64,000 nt of DNA from positions 14,570,001-14,634,000 of the forward strand of contig NC_092672.1 of the NCBI RefSeq assembly GCF_964355755.1, written 5' to 3'. The position numbers and the translations under genes are program-made. Below are positions 15,101 to 26,884 of the stretch, piece after piece. The number at the start of each line of letters is the position of its first letter. The first letter of the stretch is position 1. A model generated the notes under the pieces. It ran no database searches. It was given only the letters and a program-made list of their open reading frames with translations, and was not told the origin of the DNA. The DNA comes from Antedon mediterranea. Lineage: Eukaryota > Animalia > Echinodermata.

Positions 15101-18100
15101 AAGGAGAGGGATTTTTTTCCCCTCATCCGAGAAGACTCATTATACCAACTGCTTGGCCAGTCACTAGCTAATATCAAATAAAATTTGCATGAGCTGGCAG
15201 TTAGAACCATTGGTTATCACTTTTACTGTTGAATGGAATGAAATAACCAGTGTCATTTCATATATCAACCAATAAAAGTGTGTTATAAACATAATAATAA
15301 ATTACAGTTTAAATATTTATTAAGGTACATATGTGGCTCACAAGGGAAAGTAACTTTGGAGAAGGAATGGGCTGATATACCAGTAATTTATGCAGGTCAT
15401 ATGATAATTAAAGTAAGTTTGTGTATTGACATGGCCTCAAAACACTGATGTAGGTATTTCCACAATATTGCAATAGTATTTACTGTGTTCTTAAAAAAGG
15501 TAACTCTTACAAAAACATAATGTGGTACAGTAGATTGGCAGACTTCTATTGGTAATAATAATTTCCTTTTTTTTTTTATTTGAAGAATATTTCAGTACAT
15601 GACCCAACATTTCAACAGTTTAAGACTTTGCAGGAACTATTTCAAGTTGGCAAAACATGCTTTATGCTAGGATCACCACATTATGGACATATGGCTAAGG
15701 TAAGTTTAATAACACTCATTATTTGTAAAGTAAGGGAGAAGTTAAATACCAAATGTGGTTATTATTGGACAGATACCTTTGCGCAAGCTTAGCCTTACAC
15801 ACAGTGATTCTCCAAATTGTCTATAAACTTCTTTTTTTTAAATGTCTTTTATTTAATAGGTTGTGGAAGTGGTTGATGGTCGGATTCGAATTGAGATGGA
15901 TCTTCCTCATGAACCAGATTTTCAATCAATTATTAGCAGACAAGAGGTAAGTTCTACACTCAACTTTTACTCCAAAACAATTGATAAAAACCTAAACTGG
16001 GAAGCCAACACTTTATCTATAACCAAAAGAGCAATCCAGATAATGGTTTTCCTCCGAAAACTTCAATATCACATGTGAAATTCTTCATTTTTTGATAGGG
16101 TTATTAGAAGTGTTCTTTTATTCGGCTCTATTGTCTGGTTCTTGAATCTTACTCAAAAGGGAAAAACAAACTAGCTATAATTGTAAAGTGGGCCAGTAAA
16201 ATCATCAGCATTAGCCTTAAACCTCTTATTTTGCTTCACGAATGGGACATCCTAAACCTAAAATTTTGCCGGGATCCGGACCGATCAGCCTCTAAATAAA
16301 TTCTTTAAGCTTAGCCAAACTGGTAGACTGATCACTCTGAATCAAAACACTAAATGCAATCGTTTGTTTTTAATTCTATTCACGTATTTAATAGCATGTT
16401 CGTAAGATCTCTTTATCTTGATCTGGTTAAATGCTTTTTTTTTTATTGATTGTATATTGTATGTATATCAAAATGCTAACCAAAACCAAATTCCATTTGT
16501 ACCTGGTTGTTAAAATGACAATAAATAATATTGTATCGTATCGTAACTACAGTACTGTCCTACTACCAGGCGTTTAACATTCATGTTTGTTTTCTTTTGA
16601 TCTTGCCTTTAACTAAAATGCATTAGTTATTTGTGATGTTTCATGTTTCTTTATGGAACAGTAGGTTGGCCACATAGTAAGAATGAAAAGTGCCTAAATT
16701 GCATTCATGTTAACTGTTGGCCAAATAGATAAGAAAGTCTGCCCCTTTGCTTAAGTGATACATAGAATTGACCAAGATACTAATTGTTGCCTTTCCCTCT
16801 TCCTATTGTTAAAGTTCATTGTTAACATAAATGTTCGCAATCCTACAAACTTTTAATATCACTTAATACAACAACACTTGAGTCCTGAATAAAATCAGGA
16901 CTATGAAAAAATCATCCAATTTTAAGTCATAATAACCTTTTTTTATAAAATGTAGAATTATGAACAACAATACTTTCCTGGTTTTCGGTTAGCACAACGT
17001 CTTGGAATTTCTGGGCACCTTTTGTCACGAATCACTGGTACTATTTATGTTGAAGGTGACGGTAAAAGAAGGTAGGATTCAAGTTATATCGATCCTATGA
17101 AAGACATTGTTTTTCCATGTTCCCGAGAACAATGTACTTAAAATTGTTTGTCAAACCAAGGTAGGATTATTACTAGCATGCAATGTAGCCCGCAATGGTT
17201 TCAACATTGTTTGCTTATAATAAGAAACATTGTTTTTTTTCTTTTGTGGGGATTTCACCCACTTTTTTTAAACATTTTTTTAAAACTATCTATCTTATAC
17301 TTTCTTTTGAAATTCTTTTTTATAGAATAAATGTAGGACTTAACCTGAAGTTTAATCGTACAAACCAAGAAATTCCTGGCTTCAGTAAGAAAGATAAACA
17401 AGGTTGGACGTACTCATCTCAGGTTCATCAAATCTTAGTGCAGTATATGAGAATGTAAGTTATAGATGCTTAATTGTATATGCAGTAATACTGTAGTATA
17501 CTTATGTGCCTACAATCATCACTTAATTTTAATAAGTTGACAACCAACAGTGATGAAACCGGAAAAAAACATAAACTATGATATATTCACATTTGAAACA
17601 AAAACATAAACCAAGATTACAACATTACAGAAACTTAACAATTATATCCTTAAATACATATTTCATATATCCAACCAAGTAATTAAATGTATTGGGCAAT
17701 CCCTGAAAATTACCATGTTTTGTAAATTCAACATGACCACATAGAACGTTATGAAAACACTTGCTGCGAGTACAAGTCAAGCACTAAAACAAAGCAATAA
17801 GAGGACAATCATTTGTTGTGTCACATTCACATTAAAACCAATATATTTTGTCAGTGAGCAAAATTCCTTTTTAACCCTTTCAACCATATATATTATATAT
17901 TGGTATTTTTATTTCAATAAATCATCAACAACAATATAACAATATGAGTGCCATGGCAACCAATTAGTTGAATTGAAGCATACTCATTTACATTCATTAA
18001 AATATTTATCTAAAAATCGTAAAAAATAGTAATAATAGCTATCTTCTCTGCTATCAGCAAATAACCAGTTGCTTCAGTAATACAACTAGCCCCACAGCCA

Positions 18101-21100
18101 CCACCCCCACCTTCTGGTGCCACCAAGCATGAGGCTTCTGAACACAAATACATTTCACACAGCAACAGATTATATTCCAGTATAGGACATATTACCTTTA
18201 CACATTTTCATATCTCACCGATATAAAGTATTGATATTCGATATAATAAACAAGAGTTTCGTAGCTCCTCTAAATGAACAAAGCAAGCTGTTGACATATT
18301 AAATGTCACTTTCAGGTTCCCAGAGTTATTTCGTGTGCTCTCTCAACGAACAAATGCCACTGACAACTTCACGGAAGATGAAATATTTGGTGATACACCA
18401 CGGCTGAATGAACTAAAGAAATGGCTTGATGGTCAGGAGTGTATGAAGGTGATGCGTGTTCAAAGTGGTGTCAAACAACTAGGAGAACAAATCATTAGCA
18501 TTATTGAATCTGAAGTCAAGGAAATTCAGGTATTTTTAGGTTTTTCATCATTTTGAAAATTGTTTTGTGTTGGATATTTGGAAAAGATTTTGCTTTTTAT
18601 TATTTGATAAAGTTTGCTGAATTGCTTGATTTCAGTGCAAATGTTAATATAACTCATCTGTTAAATTCTGAATATTATGCATATTTTTAAAAAATGTACC
18701 GTGCCCAAGGTTGCTATAATAAATTTAGAGGATTAAAATTAATTTATTAAATAAATACAGTCTATTTTGTGGAAGTGGAATAATAATAATACAAGTCAAT
18801 ATTTGTTCATAGTTTTAATTAAAAAGTACAAACATTAATGTATTAATTATTTATTGTGAAATATTAATTTTCATTTTCTAGGAAACAAAATCTAAGAAAA
18901 TAAAAATGTCAGTAAGGCCACATTTGTTGTTTCCAGTAAGTTTATAATTAATTATTTTTCTTGTTTTAAGTGGTGCTTAATTATGTAAAACTATTCATGC
19001 CCACAGTGGTTCTCGAATAATGTAATTTTAGCGTAAATAACAAGCAGTTTCAAATGTATGCAAGGTTATTACGTGTACTGCAGGACTATACTTGTCAGCC
19101 ACACACAGCAAGGTTATTAGGTGTACTGCAGGACTATACTTGTCAGCCACACACAGCGAGGTTATTACGTGTACTGCAGGACTATACTTGTCAGCCACAC
19201 ACAGCAAGGTTATTAGGTGTACTGCAGGACTATACTTGTCAGCCACACACAGCAAGGTTATTACGTGTACTGCAGGACTATACTTGTCAGCCACACACAG
19301 CGAGGTTATTACGTGTACTGCAGGACTATACTTGTCAGCCACACACAGCAAGGTTATTACGTGTACTGCAGGACTATACTTGTCAGCCACACACAGCGAG
19401 GTTATTACGTGTACTGCAGGACTATACTTGTCAGCCACACACAGCGAGGTTATTACGTGTACTGCAGGACTATACTTGTCAGCCACACACAGCGAGGTTA
19501 TTACGTGTACTGCAGGACTATACTTGTCAGCCACACACAGCAAGGTTATTACGTGTACTGCAGGACTATACTTGTCAGCCACACACAGCAAGGTTATTAC
19601 GTGTACTGCAGGACTATACTTGTCAGCCACACACAGCAAGGTTATTACGTGTACTGCAGGACTATACTTGTCAGCCACACACAGCAAGGTTATTACGTGT
19701 ACTGCAGGACTATACTTGGTCAGCCACACACAGCAAGGTTATTACGTGTACTGCAGGACTATACTTGTCAGCCACACACAGCAAGGTTATTACGTGTACT
19801 GCAGGACTATACTTGTCAGCCACACACAGCGAGGTTGTTACGTGTACTGCAGGACTATACTTGTCAGCCACACACAGCAAGGTTATTACGTGTACTGCAG
19901 GACTATACTTGTCAGCCACACACAGCAAGGTTATTAGGTGTACTGCAGGACTATACTTGTCAGCCACACACAGCAAGGTTATTACGTGTACTGCAGGACT
20001 ATACTTGTCAGCCACACACAGCGAGGTTATTACGTGTACTGCAGGACTATACTTGTCAGCCACACACAGCGAGGTTATTACGTGTACTGCAGGACTATAC
20101 TTGTCAGCCACACACAGCAAGGTTATTACGTGTACTGCAGGACTATACTTGTCAGCCACACACAGCGAGGTTATTACGTGTACTGCAGGACTATACTTGT
20201 CAGCCACACACAGCAAGGTTATTACGTGTACTGCAGGACTATACTTGTCAGCCACACACAGCGAGGTTATTACGTGTACTGCAGGACTATACTTTTCAGC
20301 CACACACAGCAAGGTTATTACGTGTACTGCAGGACTATACTTGTCAGCCACACACAGCAAGGTTATTACGTGTACTGCAGGACTATACTTGTCAGCCACA
20401 CACAGCAAGGTTATTACGTGTACTGCAGGACTATACTTGTCAGCCACACACAGCGAGGTTATTACGTGTACTGCAGGACTATACTTGTCAGCCACACACA
20501 GCAAGGTTATTACGTGTACTGCAGGACTATACTTGTCAGCCACACACAGCAAGGTTATTACGTGTACTGCAGGACTATACTTGGTCAGCCACACACAGCA
20601 AGGTTATTACGTGTACTGCAGGACTATACTTGTCAGCCACACACAGCGAGGTTATTACGTGTACTGCAGGACTATACTTGGTCAGCCACACACAGCAAGG
20701 TTATTACGTGTACTGCAGGACTATACTTGTCAGCCACACACAGCAAGGTTATTACGTGTACTGCAGGACTATACTTGTCAGCCACACACAGCAAGGTTAT
20801 TACGTGTACTGCAGGACTATACTTGTCAGCCACACACAGCGAGGTTATTACGTGTACTGCAGGACTATACTTGTCAGCCACACACAGCAAGGTTATTACG
20901 TGTACTGCAGGACTATACTTGTCAGCCACACACAGCGAGGTTATTACGTGTACTGCAGGACTATACTTGGTCAGCCACACACAGCAAGGTTATTACGTGT
21001 ACTGCAGGACTATACTTGTCAGCCACACACAGCAAGGTTATTACGTGTACTGCAGGACTATACTTGTCAGCCACACACAGCGAGGTTATTACGTGTACTG

Positions 21101-24100
21101 CAGGACTATACTTGTCAGCCACACACAGCAAGGTTATTACGTGTACTGCAGGACTATACTTGTCAGCCACACACAGCAAGGTTATTACGTGTACTGCAGG
21201 ACTATACTTGTCAGCCACACACAGCAAGGTTATTACGTGTACTGCAGGACTATACTTGTCAGCCACACACAGCGAGGTTATTACGTGTACTGCAGGACTA
21301 TACTTGTCAGCCACACACAGCAAGGTTATTACGTGTACTGCAGGACTATACTTGTCAGCCACACACAGCAAGGTTATTACGTGTACTGCAGGTATATACT
21401 TGTCAGCCACACACAGCAAGGTTATTACGTGTACTGCAGGACTATACTTGTCAGCCACACACAGCGAGGTTATTACGTGTACTGCAGGACTATACTTGTC
21501 AGCCACACACAGCAAGGTTATTACGTGTACTGCAGGACTATACTTGTCAGCCACACACAGCAAGGTTATTACGTGTACTGCAGGACTATACTTGTCAGCC
21601 ACACACAGCAAGGTTATTACGTGTACTGCAGGACTATACTTGTCAGCCACACACAGCGAGGTTATTACGTGTACTGCAGGACTATACTTGTCAGCCACAC
21701 AGAGCAAGGTTATTACGTGTACTGCAGGACTATACTTGTCAGCCACACACAGCAAGGTTATTACGTGTACTGCAGGACTATACTTGTCAGCCACACACAG
21801 CGAGGTTATTACGTGTACTGCAGGACTATACTTGTCGGCCACACACAGCGAGGTTATTACGTGTACTGCAGGACTATACTTGTCAGCCACACACAGCAAG
21901 GTTATTACGTGTACTGCAGGACTATACTTGTCAGCCACACACAGCAAGTTTATTACGTGTACTGCAGGACTATACTTGTCAGCCACACACAGCAAGGTTA
22001 TTACGTGTACTGCAGGACTATACTTGTCAGCCACACACAGCAAGGTTATTACGTGTACTGCAGGACTATACTTGTCATCCATACACAGCGAGGTTATTAC
22101 GTGTACTGCAGGACTATACTTGTCAGCCACACACAGCGAGGTTATTACGTGTACTGCAGGACTATACTTGTCAGCCACACACAGCGAGGTTATTACGTGT
22201 ACTGCAGGACTATACTTGTCAGCCACACACAGCGAATGAATACAAAACAAACATGGTGTCTTATGTAATAATAACATTTGAACGAAACCAAATTGAAACA
22301 AAACCAATTTTGTGTTTTGTAATGGTATCACTTACCGAATACTTGTCCTGGCACATTTGATGAATTTGAGGTGGTACGTTTGTAGAAATGATAAAACTAA
22401 ATGAATGATATTTCAAATTTATTTCTTCTCAAGACTTTTAACAACTTTTTTTCGAAAAATTTAGAGCATGAGAAAAATGGGAAACCTAATTCCAGATCCA
22501 AATACAACATGTGAACTATTTGATCGTATTATTAATGTCAGAGAAGGATATACTGTGCCTTTTGGATTGCGTGGTACTGTTGTTGGTATTCAACCAGGTA
22601 GGTTGAAATGATATTTAATTAGGTTCCTTGATATTTTAATAAGTTCTAGTTTAGACATGATCTACAAATTATTTCAGATGACAACAACTTGTTTTGATAT
22701 CTTTTCTATAGTTCTACCCAGCACATCTAAACCCCATCCGATATAAAGTACACTGTATTACAGTACACCTTATCTAGACACCAATGTATTACTTGCGATT
22801 AAAAATGTTTAATTGTTCCATTTTGTCATGTACATTTTCTGATAAACTTGAAGTTAACAACCTGCTGTATTTAAATAGTTCATTGATCCAATAAGGGGTT
22901 ATTAGTAGTGATTATTATAGTACTATTTCAATATTATTTATTTGAATTTTGTACATGAAAAAAATGACAAGAATACTACAGTATTACACAATCATTAAAT
23001 AGTACATAGTATTGTAGACCATGTGACCCATAATCGTTTAAACAAATGGCAGCAGGGATTTATCAAGGCCGTATATGTTTGTTATTGTACATAGCAGGTG
23101 GGTTACATTTTACTCACCAGATTCACCAAACTTTGTGGTACCTTGTGGAGTTTATTTTTGTTATTTTTATTTAATGAGGGTAATCCATCCAGCAATTGCT
23201 GATCATTTGGGACCCTGTGGAGCCGTGAAATGTGCAAAAAGTCACATTTGTGCAAACAACCACATTTGTGCAAACATTTTACCTTCAAATGTGCAAACAA
23301 CCACATTTGTGCAAACATTTTACCTTTAAATGTGCAAATCTGTTAAAATTCATTACCCACAAATGTGCAAACATCTTGCCGTTAAATGTAAAAAAAAATA
23401 AATTACACGAGAATTAAAAATCTGTATAAGAAAATTTGAATATAGAAATAATAAATATATATACTTACGGTAGATCTAATATTTTACAATTTAAAGTCTG
23501 GAAAAGGATTTCATAGACTGTGGGCTCAAACACGGGACCCTCCCCCCCCCCCCCTGGGGATTTTTCGGGACCAATATTTTTTTTAACCCTACCCAAATAC
23601 GAACTAAAATCAGGTTGTCTGCACATTGCGTAGTGGTGCGTATTCCTGTGAGGGCGCGTTTTCAAAATAATGGTTTGGAGAAAAGTGATAAGTCAGTTTA
23701 GTGTTGGTGCATTGCCTCTCTTACACTACAGGAACTATAAACACATACCAACCAACTGATTTCTTTTATTTTGCTATATACAATATATTTGTTTTTTTGT
23801 TAGAAGTAATTGATATATGTATGTTGACCGGCCAATCATGTTGACATCAGCTTTTCCATTGTTGTTTCCTAATTATTTTTATTCAAATAATTTCATTCGT
23901 TAAAAGATGAAAATTTGTTCTACTATTTTCAGTTCACCTCGTGAAAATATATCCTATCTTTAATCTCATGAAATTAGTTTGTACTCATAAACGTTTATTA
24001 TTTCTATATAATTACATAGAACAATAAATGTCATATTGTATTTAATTTCAGCTGAACGTATTATAGACACTTTATATGATGTTATATTTGATGAGCAATT

Positions 24101-26853
24101 CAGTGGAGGAATTTCTATACGTTGTACTGGTTCTCGTGGTTACAGAATGCCACCCACAGCTTTTATAAATCTATCACATGGACTCCGCAAAGGTGGATTG
24201 GATGTTAAGCCCACAGCAGTTAAGCCTGTCAATACTATAGAACACACCAGACATCGTGGCTGGTACGATAATACAATTGCTGAAATAGGCAGTAACACTA
24301 CCAAAGTTGCACAAATGTCTAGGAAACCACAAAGTCCTATGGTCAGTAAAATTCAATATTAGCTGTACATGTAGTATCAATCAATTTAAATGAGTCGATC
24401 CAATAAACTATTTAAACAAAATTGTTTTGCAAAAGAAGAAAGAACGGATGAATAGACACCTAAAATAGCTCCTGAAAACTGATTGTATAGCAAAAATCCA
24501 TATAATTTAATTTTTATAAAAATTATATATTATGTATAATTAAATTATTCCTTAGCATTAATGTTTTAACATAAAACAGTAAAAGATATTATATGCAAGG
24601 AATGATTGGATACTGGTAAGTTGTTTACATAGTTGTATAGATGTATGAACCATTTACATAACAGGTCTACTGTATGTGCTTTAAGGGTTAGTATGAAGAG
24701 TGATGCCTAAACTTGCTTCTAAATAAATTGTTTTTGTACAGCACCAACAATCTAGAAAAAATGATGGAACCAATTCCGAGGCTTCTCGACAGAAGTTAAA
24801 TAAAGGTATATCCTATATTCACAAGTTTTAAGATGCACTTCACTCTTTACCTATAATAGAAATTTGTTTACATTAAAAAATAATGATATATAATTCTTTA
24901 ATAAATAATTTACTTTTGTGAACTAAATAATGAACTAATAATAATTTCTTAATTAGTTCAACTGTTTAACTTGTTGAATTGATTTGTATATTTAGGCAAA
25001 AGTCCTAAGAATGGAACACAGGCTGGACAGCATGTAGAAGGAACATTTACAATACTGCCACGCAAGTCAATCAATGAAGAAAACCAAACCCCTGTAGATA
25101 ACACTAGTGGAAACAACTCAACATGTAATCCACAGTCAAACACCATTCAAAAGGAGTTTGCTAGCATGTGGAAACAATTACAACAGTCAGAAAAGCCGTC
25201 TAAAAAATCAGTTGCCCCATCTTCTCTATCAAAATCTGGTGGTAAAAAGCAGAAAAAAGGTGTATCTTCTACTCTTGTGAAGCCTGCTGCTATCTTGAAT
25301 ACTGATCCTGCCAACATTAGCATCACTGATGAAGACACTAATGATGGACGAGATGATAGAAACAGTCTTACTGTGGATAAAGTCAAAGATGACAATCCAA
25401 ATTTAAACAATCAAGAGAAGGAAATTTATTTACAGGTCAGATTATTTTGTTATCTGCCCTGTCGAATTGTTTATCATTTATCATTGTTTATCTCATACTT
25501 TACAGTAGGTGCTTCATAAAACAAAAATTGTATTTGATGAAAGATGAAATAAAGTTCTAATCAATAGTTTCACAACACAGCCACCATTTTGTACAGCTTT
25601 TTGTAAAAAGTTTGAAAATATTGTGCCACTGGCTGATTAATATGTGCAAAAGAAAACTAACCTGTAGAGTGTCATGTACCTTCTTTGCTACAATTTGAAC
25701 GCCACCAAAGGTTACTTTTTTTTTCAAAACATGAAAACTACATTTTGTTTTTAAATATCAATTACAAATATATTTTCTGTAAATTTAATGCAATCAATCA
25801 ACTAGTCTGCTGTTTTGATGTGTAGTATTGCCGATTTTATGTTTTAAATTTAATATTTCTGTTTTAGAAAGGTACAGAAGACCTCTGTCGGTTATTGAAT
25901 ATTAGCAAGCCAGAATCAGTTCCAAGTTTTTCAAAACCATTATCTTATGGAAAGCAGATTAATGTTTCGCAGCTCTTTGCTGGTAAGATTTGTTTGTAAT
26001 AGTTTGTATGTACTGTATTGTGATAGCCTTGCTACAGCCATAAGCAGGGTTCATACGCATCCTTAAATTCCATGAAAGTACTGGAAAGTCCTTGAAATTG
26101 ACATTTGTTGTTAAATATCCTGAAAATTGTTATAATACAGAAACGTAATATGAATTCTTTGTAATAATGTTTTAAAAACACTGAACAATAATAAAAATGT
26201 TACTTAATTTTGTTAAATGACACCCCTAGATGGCCAGAAATGGTACTCGCGCATGTAAAATATTTATTTAGGCCGTACGCCGATATGTGTTCATTTGGAC
26301 TTTAAATTCCCTGCATAGGAGAGTGTAGTCAACAACGTTATTTGATATTAATATATAAAACTTAAATAAATTTCTGTAATTTTCATTGGACGATCGTGGG
26401 TCACATAGTGTGCAATAGTATGCACTATTTAACGATCGTTAAATAGAACTTTTTAATTTTCTTTCACATACCAAAAAAAATTTCTTTTCGCGTACAAACA
26501 ATTGTGTTTACCACAATTACTGTGATTTTGAACATGAAATCCAACAGCGCGGCCTGTTTTTAAATCAAAACATTGAACACTCAATCGTGTCACGGCAGAA
26601 TTTTTGGAAAGTTAAACATACTAATTTAGACCAAAAAAGCATTTAAATTAGCTTTAGATTGTTTGTATGATTTTGATTAATTAGTGGGAACAACTCTACA
26701 AGATGTTGAATCTGGAAAAAAAAATTAGCCTAGATCAGTGTCAATTGCCAGGCAAAGTTTCGTAATGATATCGCTGCCTTTCTAGCCTATGCCTAGGCGC
26801 TTTACTAAACCTTTACCCAAGCTAGGCCTAGGATTGTTTGGTCGTTCGTTGAC

Positions 26854-26884
<31 letters not shown>

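Noticed and set aside
19058-19075. Common origin of the 48-bp and 49-bp XRN1 minisatellites (gcaagg(a/t)tat; tgtgtg(g)ctg)
   Set aside because: The shared words are short and in inconsistent orientation, so chance cannot be excluded.
19028-22360. ORFs of 233-1061 aa on both strands
   Set aside because: All are translations of one 48-bp stop-free minisatellite inside an XRN1 intron; open in several frames at once, with no sign of codon-level selection.
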